Positions 8,984-17,312 of a stretch of 32,000 nt of DNA are shown here, piece after piece. The stretch spans positions 6,984 to 38,983 of the forward strand of contig SVGT01000013.1 of NCBI GenBank assembly GCA_015056175.1. Reading direction: 5' to 3'. Each line of letters starts with the position of its first letter. The first letter of the stretch is position 1. The position numbers and the translations under genes are program-made. The notes beneath the pieces were generated by a model, which saw nothing but the letters and a program-made list of their open reading frames with translations, made no database searches and had not been told where the DNA came from. The stretch is from Clostridiales bacterium. Its GTDB lineage: Bacteria; Bacillota; Clostridia; Christensenellales; Aristaeellaceae.

Positions 8984-9753
8984 CAGATCTCCGGTTCCTC
9001 TCCGATGCAATAGGTGCGCAGCTTGTTGGCCGTGCGCTCCAAAGACCCTTTGCTGTCGCCCCAGGGCTTGTCCGCATTACGGTAGTCAAACTTGAGGGTA
9101 AAAAACTCCAGATCGCCCTCCAGCTTGGACAGGCTGCGCTCCATGAGCGCCTGGGTATCGCGGGCAAACTGCACAAGCAGATCGCCGGACAGGTGATCGG
9201 CCGCCAATTCCAACAGATCCGCAGCGTCCGGCACGCAGAGAAGGTCGCTTTGCGCATAGGCCGTGCGGAAGGCAGAATCCGTCTTGTACAGGTGCATCAG
9301 GGTGTAGCGGTAGCGCTCCATGTTTTCCTCGATGGAATCGCAAAGCAGGCAGGTGGAAACAGCTGCGCGGATGTGCTCTGCAGCGTCCCGGAGGGCGTTT
9401 TTGCCGTCCTTGTTGCCGGTCAGCTTCTTGCCAAGGGGCGCTTCGGCGCAGCCTTTGGCCGCCTTCTGGGCGTCGGCAAACAGGGGGGAGAGCTTTTTAT
9501 GGTTTTCCAGCAGATGGGTGTGCATCATCAGCGCATGACCCAGCCGGTTGCGCTGGTTGTACAAAAGCACCTGATGACGGGGGCAGAAGCCCTTCCGGTT
9601 TACCTGGATGCGGGTGTCCGGCTCCATCACCGAGCCGCCCAGGCACCGGTCCACGTCGGTGAGCTCAATCTTGTGCTTCAGGGCGCACAGCGGGCAGTGG
9701 CTTTGCTGCTTGAAGGCGTCCCAGACGGGGATGGTATCGATATGGTAACGCAT
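8983..9753 (-). CDS. Cys-rich hypothetical protein (I recall this as the DUF6062 family; needs an HMM check)
   Basis: The ORF-track start at 9759 is GTG. The ATG at 9753 has AGGAG 5 nt upstream. Reads MRYHIDTIPVWDAFKQQSHCPLCAL...GFCPRHQ...CLLCD. It is the first gene of a tightly packed minus-strand operon. Confidence 0.7.
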   Translation of the reverse strand: MRYHIDTIPVWDAFKQQSHCPLCALKHKIELTDVDRCLGGSVMEPDTRIQVNRKGFCPRHQVLLYNQRNRLGHALMMHTHLLENHKKLSPLFADAQKAAKGCAEAPLGKKLTGNKDGKNALRDAAEHIRAAVSTCLLCDSIEENMERYRYTLMHLYKTDSAFRTAYAQSDLLCVPDAADLLELAADHLSGDLLVQFARDTQALMERSLSKLEGDLEFFTLKFDYRNADKPWGDSKGSLERTANKLRTYCIGEEPEI

Positions 9754-9839
9754 AGGCACTCCTTATCTCCCCCAGGAGGGGCATGAATGGGAAAAGGGCA
9801 GCATACGCTGAAGTGAAGCGGAAAAAAAGGGGGATTGAT

Positions 9840-10637
9840 ATGCGCACGCAGTACAAACGCATCCGGGTGCGAAAAAGGCGGCGGGGATGGCTGGTGGCTC
9901 TGTGTATCGCGGTCATATTGCTTGGGGCGTACCGCCTTTTTGCAAGGCAGCCGCAGCCGCTTGCGCTGTCCATGCGATCTGCGCAGACAGAAAGCACGGT
10001 GCGCACCTACACCCTGGAGGGCATGCGCTGGTATGCGCTGAGCCTGGGCGCCTGCGAGGATGGAGCGCAGGCGATAGACATGGCGCAGGCGTATCAAAAA
10101 CGGGGCGCGGCAGGCTATATAGACAGCTTGCATCAGGTGCTGGCTGCGGCCTACGACACCCGGGAAAGCGCCCTATTGGTACAGCAGAATTTGCTCAGGT
10201 ACCACGGGGTGGAAACGGTGGTGCAGGAGATATATTCGCCTTCCGTGACGGTTGAAATGACGGGGCTTGAAAGCAGGAGCCAGGCGCTGTGCGAGGGGTA
10301 TGACCTGCTCTGTGCCATGGCGGGGGAAATGTACCGCCTTTCGCTGCAATTGGACAAAGGCGAAACGGACGCCCCGGCAGCCAAAGAACGGCTGCTTTCC
10401 TACCGGCGCACGGCGCAGGAGCTGTGCGTGAAGCTGACGGCGGCCTTTGGGGGCGATACGCTGCCCAAGGAGGCGTTGCACGTGCACACATTGCTTACGG
10501 ATTTTGCGGACGTGATGCAAAGGGGGATCGACGCGGAAAGCCCGGTGCTGTTGGGAGGCATGGTCAAATACGCGCAGATCCTGTGCATCGCGGGGCTGCA
10601 GGCGCACAAGGATCAGTACCTGATCAGTTCCCGGTAA
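9840..10637 (+). CDS. membrane-anchored protein with a SPOR-like domain
   Basis: Start refined to 9840 (GGGGG, 7 nt, ATG). It has a basic N-terminus and one TM (WLVALCIAVILLGAY). The segment WYALSLGACEDGAQAIDMAQAYQKRGAAGYIDS..VLAAAYDTRESALLVQQNL resembles a SPOR repeat. Confidence 0.6.
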   Translation: MRTQYKRIRVRKRRRGWLVALCIAVILLGAYRLFARQPQPLALSMRSAQTESTVRTYTLEGMRWYALSLGACEDGAQAIDMAQAYQKRGAAGYIDSLHQVLAAAYDTRESALLVQQNLLRYHGVETVVQEIYSPSVTVEMTGLESRSQALCEGYDLLCAMAGEMYRLSLQLDKGETDAPAAKERLLSYRRTAQELCVKLTAAFGGDTLPKEALHVHTLLTDFADVMQRGIDAESPVLLGGMVKYAQILCIAGLQAHKDQYLISSR

Positions 10638-12009
10638 TGACGGGACGGGCGGGCGCATCGCACTTGTGGCAGGCCAGCAGGTTTTTGAAGGTGGTATTGT
10701 TGATATCGGAGAAGTAGAAGGCCTTGAGTGGCAGATATTCCTCCGCAACGGAGTAGCAATCCTCCTTGGCGTGGTAGTACAACCCGCCGTCGGGATTGTA
10801 ATACAGCAGCATATTGGCGGACATGGTGGGCGCTTCCGTAGGCGCCTGGGTGGGCACGAAGGGAATGGTGCCCGCCTCCTGATCGCCGGGCTGGGGCGTG
10901 GTCTGCATCTTGGTGGCGCCCAGGGAGTTGGGATCCACATACCAGGTATCGTTGATGCGCAGCATGAGCACCTGCATCTGGTAATAGGCAGGCTCGCTGG
11001 TGTTCTTTTTGTCAATGAGCACGGTGAGGGTCACGGTGCGGGAGGTATCGGCCTCGCTCCCCGAGATCTTTTCCACGGTGTAGCTCATGGGGGTGCGGTT
11101 GGCCAGGAGGATGAACAGCTCGGACTTGGGATTTTCCAAATTATTCACCCAGGAGGGCAGGCACAACTCCAGCATGGAATCCAGCTGGCTTTCGGCCCAG
11201 TAGTTCATGAAGGTATTCAGGCGCATGGAGGCCATGGAGGCGTCCGGGGAATCCGTGGCGGAAATTTCGGGCACGGAATCCTGGGGGGTATCGTCCGTCT
11301 GGGGGTTCTGGGCGGATACGGAGTTCAGGGCGCTGTCGCCGCCAAAGAGGGCGGAGGCGTCCACATTGCCGGAGGCCGCGAGGCTGTCCCGGGCGGGCAG
11401 GGAAAAGAGCAGCGCCACGGCGATGACCACCAGCAGCGCGCCGTAGATCAGCGCCAGGGTGTAGCGGGCGTTTTTGCTGAAGGGACGGGCAAAGAGCAGA
11501 ATGCCGATGACCGCAAGGGCGCAGGCGATGAACACGCCGTGGAGCACCACATTGCCCATCAAAAGCGCCAGCAGGAACAAAACGGGCAGCGCCAGTGTGA
11601 CCACGGCGATGAGCCAGTTATAGCTCTTGCGGCGGGCGGGCTGCTGTACCTGCTGCTGCGACTGCGCCTGGGAGGTAAAGTGCTGCTGATAGGGCTGCTG
11701 GGGCGCAGGGTTTGCAAACTGCTGCTGGTAGGGGTTCTGGTAGGGCGGCGTCTGGTACGGCTGCCCGTAGGGCTGCTGATAGGGCTGCTGGGGGGCAGGA
11801 TTTGCAAACTGCTGCCCGTATTGCTGCTGCTGGGGATATTGCTGCTGGGGCGCTTGCCCGTATTGCTGCTGCTGCATCTGAGGCGCGTTTTGCGCCTGGG
11901 TCTGCGGCTGCCGGGGCTGCTGGGGCGCGCTTTTTTGCAGGGGTTTATTTTTTAGTCCGTACAGCGGGGCGCTGGTATAGCGGTTGCGGTTGGAGCTCAC
12001 AAAAGTCAT
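10624..12009 (-). CDS. membrane protein with a Q/P/Y-rich repetitive N-terminus and an extracytoplasmic C-terminal domain
   Basis: Starts at the ATG at 12009 (a GTG at 12000 is also possible). Low-complexity QQPYQQ repeats are followed by 3-4 TM helices (NWLIAVVTLALPVLFLLALLMG...) and then a globular C-terminus ending in a CHKC motif. Confidence 0.7.
   Translation of the reverse strand: MTFVSSNRNRYTSAPLYGLKNKPLQKSAPQQPRQPQTQAQNAPQMQQQQYGQAPQQQYPQQQQYGQQFANPAPQQPYQQPYGQPYQTPPYQNPYQQQFANPAPQQPYQQHFTSQAQSQQQVQQPARRKSYNWLIAVVTLALPVLFLLALLMGNVVLHGVFIACALAVIGILLFARPFSKNARYTLALIYGALLVVIAVALLFSLPARDSLAASGNVDASALFGGDSALNSVSAQNPQTDDTPQDSVPEISATDSPDASMASMRLNTFMNYWAESQLDSMLELCLPSWVNNLENPKSELFILLANRTPMSYTVEKISGSEADTSRTVTLTVLIDKKNTSEPAYYQMQVLMLRINDTWYVDPNSLGATKMQTTPQPGDQEAGTIPFVPTQAPTEAPTMSANMLLYYNPDGGLYYHAKEDCYSVAEEYLPLKAFYFSDINNTTFKNLLACHKCDAPARPVITGN
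11683..11815 (-). repeat. intragenic direct repeat (43-nt units, 90-nt period)
   Basis: 11683-11725 and 11773-11815 match at 41/43 nt. Both encode QQFANPAPQQPYQQ on the minus strand. Confidence 0.8.
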
Positions 12010-12091
12010 CCTTTCTTTATGGAAGAAAATGCGTTTTTGCACGCATAAAGCGCATGGGAAAGCCGCCCTCCGACGGAAGGGGGCATCTTCC

Positions 12092-12119
12092 AGTATATCA
12101 TGATTTAACAAAATGTAAA
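12092..12119 (-). promoter_or_regulatory. candidate promoter of the Q/P-rich protein gene
   Basis: On the minus strand: TTTACA (12119-12114), 16-nt spacer, TATACT (12097-12092). Confidence 0.4.
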
Positions 12120-12251
12120 CACTTTCGACTCAAAAAAACCACAATTTCTTGCGTCGGAAAAGGCGGGACAGGCCCCGATCATAGAACGCGGGAACGGGAC
12201 GAAGTTTTGCAGGAGAGCAAAAAATAGTAAGCGGAAAATGCTAAAAACGGA

Positions 12252-12279
12252 TTGTATTCTGATGAAATTGCAGTATAAT
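12252..12279 (+). promoter_or_regulatory. promoter of MATE paralog 1
   Basis: TTGTAT (12252-12257), 16-nt spacer, TATAAT (12274-12279). It is homologous to the promoter at 13852-13879. Confidence 0.55.
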
Positions 12280-12316
12280 GGACATGAAAATTCAAAACTA
12301 AGGAAGGTACGCACGT

Positions 12317-13750
12317 ATGTCGGAACGGACAAAGGCGCAGGGCAGGTTTAACAAATGGCTCTGCGGACTGTTTGACAGTGAGATGTTTACCACCAAGGAA
12401 CTGCTGGGCATGTTTTTTCCCCTTTTGCTGGACCAGTTCTCCATCCACATTATCGGCGTTTTATCCTCCTCGCTGGTCTCCTCGGTAGGCCAGGAAGCCA
12501 TCGCTGCCGTCAGCATGGTGAACTCCATGGGCTTTCTGGTGACGGCCGTCATGTTCGCTCTGGGCGCGGGCGGCGGCGTGGTGATCGCCCAGGCCAAGGG
12601 CAGCGGCGATGAAAAACGGCTGCGCCATGCCGTGGGCAATACCACCATGCTGGCCACCGGCTGCATGCTGGTGCTCTCTACGCTGCTGTACACGTTTGCA
12701 GAGCCTGTGGTGGGGATCATCTACCCCAACGCCGAGCCCATCCTGAAGGAATACGCGGTGCACTACCTGAAGCTGAACATGCTCTCCCAGGTGCCCTACG
12801 CCGTGTTCCACGCCATTTTTACCTCCTTCCGCAGCGTGGGCGACAGCAAATCCTCCCTGGTGCTGACCATCTTCATCAACGTGAGCCATCTGCTTTTGTC
12901 CCTTTTGTTCATCAACGTGCTGGGCATGGGCGTGACGGGCTCCGGGCTTTCGCTGATCGTGGCCCGCTCCATCGGCTGCGTGGTGGCCCTGATCTGGATC
13001 TTCCGTCCCCGGGGCTACCTGCACATTTCCGTGCACGACTTTTTCAAGTGGGATTTGTCCACGGTGAAGCCCATTGTGAAGCTGGGCATTCCCTTCTGCA
13101 TTGAGCAGATTTTGTTCCAGGGCGGCATGCTGATGGTGCAGGGGTATCTCAGCTCCTGGGGCGATACGCCGCAGATGGGCACCATGGCCCTGGCGGCTCA
13201 CGCCGTGGCCTCCTCCCTGATGAACCTGTACCAGGCCAGCGCCAACTGCGTGACCACCATGACGGGCACGGTGTGCGGCCAGTGCATCGGCGCAGGCAAA
13301 ATTGAGCTGTGCAAGCGCTACAACCGCAGCATGATCAAGGGCGGCAGACTGGTGCTGCTCATCACCGTGCTGGTGCTCTTCCCGCTTTCTCCCCTGCTGC
13401 TCAAGCTCTACCACCCCAATCCCGACGCCATGGGCATCATCTACAGCATTCTGGCGGTGGCCGTGCTGCCCATGCCCATCGTGTGGTGCAACGCCTTTGT
13501 GACCCCCACCATGCTGCGCAGCGCAGGCGACGTAAAGTACACCACCTACGTATCGCTGCTGGTGATGGTGATCGGCCGCGTGGTGCTGGGCTACATCTTC
13601 ACCATTGTGTTCAACCTGGGCCCTGTGGGCGTGTGGCTGGGTATGCTGGTGGAATGGCTCATCCGCGTGGTGCTGATGGAAAAGCGCTTCAAGAGCGGAA
13701 AATGGACCGCCTTCATCGAGGAAAAATACAGGCAAAAGCCCGCAGGCTAA
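12317..13750 (+). CDS. MATE family efflux transporter (paralog 1)
   Basis: 477 aa with about 12 TM helices. MATE-like blocks are present (PLLLDQFSIHIIGVLSSSLVSSVGQEAIAAVSMVN, ...VGVWLGMLVEWLIRVV). RBS AAGGAAGG. Confidence 0.9.
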   Translation: MSERTKAQGRFNKWLCGLFDSEMFTTKELLGMFFPLLLDQFSIHIIGVLSSSLVSSVGQEAIAAVSMVNSMGFLVTAVMFALGAGGGVVIAQAKGSGDEKRLRHAVGNTTMLATGCMLVLSTLLYTFAEPVVGIIYPNAEPILKEYAVHYLKLNMLSQVPYAVFHAIFTSFRSVGDSKSSLVLTIFINVSHLLLSLLFINVLGMGVTGSGLSLIVARSIGCVVALIWIFRPRGYLHISVHDFFKWDLSTVKPIVKLGIPFCIEQILFQGGMLMVQGYLSSWGDTPQMGTMALAAHAVASSLMNLYQASANCVTTMTGTVCGQCIGAGKIELCKRYNRSMIKGGRLVLLITVLVLFPLSPLLLKLYHPNPDAMGIIYSILAVAVLPMPIVWCNAFVTPTMLRSAGDVKYTTYVSLLVMVIGRVVLGYIFTIVFNLGPVGVWLGMLVEWLIRVVLMEKRFKSGKWTAFIEEKYRQKPAG

Positions 13751-13757
13751 AAAATCA

Positions 13758-13792
13758 ACGCAGTCTCCCGCAAACGGAGGCTGCGTTTTTTT
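13758..13792 (+). terminator. rho-independent terminator
   Basis: ACGCAGtCTCC-gcaaac-GGAGgCTGCGT followed by T7. Confidence 0.8.
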
Positions 13793-13851
13793 GCACGTGT
13801 CGGAATACGGAAAAATATGCCGAAGAAAGCGGGAAAATGTGGAAATACCGA

Positions 13852-13879
13852 TTGCGTTCCTGCCATAATGCGGTATAAT
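13852..13879 (+). promoter_or_regulatory. promoter of MATE paralog 2
   Basis: TTGCGT (13852-13857), 16-nt spacer, TATAAT (13874-13879). The flanking bases align with the paralog-1 promoter (cgATTG..TATAATGGA). Confidence 0.55.
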
Positions 13880-13915
13880 GGAACTTGCACAATATGATGG
13901 AGGATGAGATTTTTT

Positions 13916-15349
13916 ATGTCCGAACTGACGCCTGCGCGCGGCCCCAGGGGTAAATTCAACGGCTGGCTTCACCGCCTGTTTGACAGCGAAATGTTTACGA
14001 CCGGGGACATCCTGCGCATGTTTTATCCGCTGATGCTGGATCAGTTTGCCATTCACCTGATCATGACGCTGAGTACGTCGCTGGTGTCCTCGGTGGGTCA
14101 GGAGGCGCTGGCTGCCGTCAGCATGGTGAACACCCTTTCCTATGTGGTGACGGCCGTGATGTTTGCCCTCAGTGCGGGCGGCGGCGTGATCATCGCCCAG
14201 GCCAAGGGCAGCGGCGATGAGGACAGGCTGCACAAGGCCATTGCCACCACGGCCATGATCTCCTCTGCCGTGATGCTGGTTTTGTCCATCACGCTGACGG
14301 CGTTGGCAGGGCCTATCATTGAGCTTTTGTATCCCCACGCAGAGCCGCTGCTCAAGGAATACGCCGTGCACTATATGCGCCTGAACATGCTCACCCTCTG
14401 GCCCTTCTCCATTTTCCACGTGATCTTTACCGCCTTCCGCAGCGTGGGCGACAGCAAATCCTCCCTGATTCTGACGCTGTACATCAATATCAGCCATCTG
14501 CTTTTGTCCCTTCTGTTCATCAACGTGCTGGGCATGGGCGTGACGGGCTCCGGGCTTTCGCTGATCGTGGCCCGCGTCATCGGCGCCATTGTGGCCATGG
14601 TGTGGCTCTTTGGCCCCATGGGCAAGCTGCACATGAAGCCCCGGGCGTTTCTGAAGCTGGATAAAAAGATGGCAAGGCCCATCCTGCGCCTGAGCATTCC
14701 CTTCTGCGCAGAGCAGATGCTCTTTGAAGGCGGCATGGTGGTGGTGCAGGGGTACCTGAGCACCTGGGGCGATACCCCCGAAATGAGCACCATGGCGCTG
14801 GCGGCCCATGCGGTGGCCTCCTCGCTGGTCAGCCTGTATCAGGCCACCGGCTACTGCATCACCCAGATGACCAGCACGGTGTGCGGCCAGTGCATCGGCG
14901 CGGAGAAGATCGACCTGTGCAAGCGGTACAACCAAAGCATCATCAAGGGCGGCAATCTGATCTACCTGATCACGGTGCTGGTTTTGTTCCCCCTGACGCC
15001 GCTGCTGATGAAGCTGTACAACCCCAACCCCGACGCGCTGGGCATGATCTACGTGATGCTGATGGTGGGCGTGTTCCCCATGCCGCTGATCTGGTGCAAA
15101 TCCTTTGTCACCTCCACCACCATGTGCGCCGCAGGCGACGTGAAATTTGCCACCTACGTATCCTTTGTGGTGATGCTCATCGGCCGCATGGCGCTGGGCT
15201 ATGTGCTGACCATCACGCTGAACCTGGGCCCGGTGGGCATCTTTATCGGCATGCTGGTGGAATGGCTGTTGCGCATCCCGGCGGTGGAATGGCGCTACAG
15301 ATCGGGCAAGTGGCTGAACTTCCTCAAGCAGGAAAAGGCGGCCGGTTAA
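13916..15349 (+). CDS. MATE family efflux transporter (paralog 2)
   Basis: Start refined to 13916 (MSELTPARG..FNGWL aligns with MSERTKAQGRFNKWL of paralog 1). It is collinear with paralog 1 over its whole length. Confidence 0.9.
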   Translation: MSELTPARGPRGKFNGWLHRLFDSEMFTTGDILRMFYPLMLDQFAIHLIMTLSTSLVSSVGQEALAAVSMVNTLSYVVTAVMFALSAGGGVIIAQAKGSGDEDRLHKAIATTAMISSAVMLVLSITLTALAGPIIELLYPHAEPLLKEYAVHYMRLNMLTLWPFSIFHVIFTAFRSVGDSKSSLILTLYINISHLLLSLLFINVLGMGVTGSGLSLIVARVIGAIVAMVWLFGPMGKLHMKPRAFLKLDKKMARPILRLSIPFCAEQMLFEGGMVVVQGYLSTWGDTPEMSTMALAAHAVASSLVSLYQATGYCITQMTSTVCGQCIGAEKIDLCKRYNQSIIKGGNLIYLITVLVLFPLTPLLMKLYNPNPDALGMIYVMLMVGVFPMPLIWCKSFVTSTTMCAAGDVKFATYVSFVVMLIGRMALGYVLTITLNLGPVGIFIGMLVEWLLRIPAVEWRYRSGKWLNFLKQEKAAG

Positions 15350-15361
15350 TCAAAGATAATC

Positions 15362-15391
15362 AAAAAGGACCTCCTTCGGGAGGCCCTTTTG
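15362..15391. terminator. bidirectional rho-independent terminator
   Basis: AAAAA-GGACCTCC-TTCG-GGAGGCCC-TTTT lies between convergent genes. Confidence 0.8.
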
Positions 15392-15404
15392 ATTTGCGTC
15401 TTTG

Positions 15405-16166
15405 TCAGTTGAACTGCTCCAGTGCAAGGATATTGCCGCCGTCGGTCACAGTGACGCCCATTTCCATGAGCAGCGCGCCGGGGACGAACACCTGAGCGTC
15501 CTCATACAGCGGCATCTGGTCGGGGGAAACGGTATCCAGCCCGGTGACGGTGCAGGCAAGCACCTTTTTGCCGTCGTGGGTGATATCCGCCGTGCGGCCG
15601 TTGAGGGTGAAGGAAAGTTGGGTATCCGTTTCCGCAAAGGAGGCGCACCAGGCGCCCAGCGCCCGGATGGGCAGATACAGGAAGGCGCCTTCGTCCCGGT
15701 ACCAGCTGATATCGGCGTCGCTGCCGTTGACGGCAAGGCGTTCGCCTGCCAGCGTCAGGCGGGATGCGGCGGGCGCGGGGGTTTCCGTTGCGGTGGGTTC
15801 GGGGGTAGCGTAGAGCAGCGTCAGCGTCTGCCGGCCCGCAATGCCGTCCGCCTTGATGCCCATATCCTTCTGGAAGGCCTCCACGGCCTTCTTGGTCTTG
15901 CTGCCAAAGTCGCCGTCCACAGCGCCGTCCAGATACCCCAGATCCTTCAGCTTCTGCTGCAAAGCACGCACCTCATCGCCCATGCTGCCCCGGGAAAGCG
16001 TGGTATAGGATACCGTTTCCTCCGCTTCCTGGGTGGGAGCGGGGGATACATAGGGCGTGGGCGCCGGGGTGGGCGTGGCCGGGGGCGACGTGACGCCCGG
16101 GTTGGCGTCCGCGGCGGAGGACAGGACGATCATCATATAGACCATCAGGGTTTTCAGCAGATCCAT
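15405..16166 (-). CDS. secreted protein with a peptidoglycan-binding domain (PG_binding_1) and a copper-amine-oxidase-N-like stalk domain
   Basis: N-terminal hydrophobic signal, then a P/T-rich linker. [43 protein letters not shown] is the PG_binding_1 signature. RBS AAGGAG lies 8 nt upstream. Confidence 0.8.
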   Translation of the reverse strand: MDLLKTLMVYMMIVLSSAADANPGVTSPPATPTPAPTPYVSPAPTQEAEETVSYTTLSRGSMGDEVRALQQKLKDLGYLDGAVDGDFGSKTKKAVEAFQKDMGIKADGIAGRQTLTLLYATPEPTATETPAPAASRLTLAGERLAVNGSDADISWYRDEGAFLYLPIRALGAWCASFAETDTQLSFTLNGRTADITHDGKKVLACTVTGLDTVSPDQMPLYEDAQVFVPGALLMEMGVTVTDGGNILALEQFN

Positions 16167-16244
16167 TGCGTCAGCTCCTTTTGGGGCGCGCTACAGCGCG
16201 CATACCTATCAAACGGCGGAAGGGGCGGTTTTTATCCTGCCGAT

Positions 16245-17267
16245 TCAGGCCTTCAGGCCGTTGATATGGATAAATTTCTCAAACTCGGGCAAAATGCCCA
16301 CGCCGTCCGGGTAATGGGCGGCAAACTGAGGAATGGCGTGGCTGGGGAAGGAATTGCCCTCGATGAACACGGGGCCGTCTGTCGTGATGGCCACGTCCCA
16401 GGCCACAAAGCGCACCTGGGGCACCTTGTGCATGGCCTCCAGGCACATCTCCCTGGCCTCCTGCCAGTAGGGGATCTCAAAGCCCACGATGGGCGTGCCG
16501 GTCATGGGATGGGTATCAAACACGTTGCCCTGCTTATCGGCGGCCACGGTCTTGAGCACGCCGGAAGCCAGATCCACCCGGGCGGCCATGCCGCCGCAGT
16601 CCACATTATCCATCACCTTGCCGTTGCCGATGCGGATGAAGGCGTACACGATGCCCTCCTGCTTGTCGCCAAGCAGCGTGGCGATGCGGATGGTATTGAC
16701 CGAGGTGGGGCAGAGGGAGGCCATTTTGGGATGCTGGACGACCAGCTCCTCCAGAATGCCGTCGCCCATCGAAACAAGCTGATCGCGGAAGGCGTCCACA
16801 TGCTGCCAGTCATCCTTTGTAAACTTCACAATGCCCTGACCGGAAGAGCCTTCCAGCGGCTTATAGAGGATCACGTCATGACGGCTGAGGAAGGCGGCAA
16901 GCTCATCCGCAGCGGTATCCGCCGTCATTTTCATCCAATCCCGGCGCACCTGCGCGGCAAAGAGCGTGTTGAACTCCGTTTTATCGTCAAAATGATGCCA
17001 GTAGGCCTTATCGTTCATGTTTTTGACGATGCGGTTGGAAATGCCGCGGGTGATCACCGTGCGCTTCTGGGCGTCGCTGAGCCTATACATCTCGGCGATC
17101 TTATAATCCACGTAGCCCGCGTTATAGCGAAGGGCGCAGTTCAGCATGTCCTTCAGCAGCCAGGCCGTGCTTTTGCCCGTCTTTTTGTGCAGCATGCGGG
17201 CGGTCTGCAGCATGCGCTTCCAGTCCATTTTGGCGGCGCGCTTGGCAAGATAGGAAAGTTTGGACAT
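16245..17267 (-). CDS. ATP-grasp enzyme of the sugar-transfer-associated type (ATPgrasp_ST-like)
   Basis: 340 aa. The N-terminus AKRAAKMDWKRMLQTARMLHKKTGKS..LLKDMLNCALRYNAGYVDYKIAEMY and the block SSGQGI...TIRIATL are as I recall for Pfam PF14397. RBS GAGGTG. Confidence 0.75.
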   Translation of the reverse strand: MSKLSYLAKRAAKMDWKRMLQTARMLHKKTGKSTAWLLKDMLNCALRYNAGYVDYKIAEMYRLSDAQKRTVITRGISNRIVKNMNDKAYWHHFDDKTEFNTLFAAQVRRDWMKMTADTAADELAAFLSRHDVILYKPLEGSSGQGIVKFTKDDWQHVDAFRDQLVSMGDGILEELVVQHPKMASLCPTSVNTIRIATLLGDKQEGIVYAFIRIGNGKVMDNVDCGGMAARVDLASGVLKTVAADKQGNVFDTHPMTGTPIVGFEIPYWQEAREMCLEAMHKVPQVRFVAWDVAITTDGPVFIEGNSFPSHAIPQFAAHYPDGVGILPEFEKFIHINGLKA

Positions 17268-17312
17268 GATTTAGTCACCTCTGACGGAGGAAGTTTGATG
17301 GCGTGGGGACTT

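Noticed and set aside
12461-14935. An 824-aa ORF on the minus strand spanning both MATE genes. Similar very long ORFs occur at 6428-9013(+), 3701-5458(+), 15402-17348(+), 30273-31931(+), 28575-29894(+), 10666-11955(+), 18006-19115(+) and 1160-2548(-).
   Set aside because: All are antisense to genes with clear family signatures. Their translations are G/A/R/H/Q-rich low-complexity strings without motifs, and they lack RBSs. They are the typical stop-poor shadow frames of high-GC DNA.
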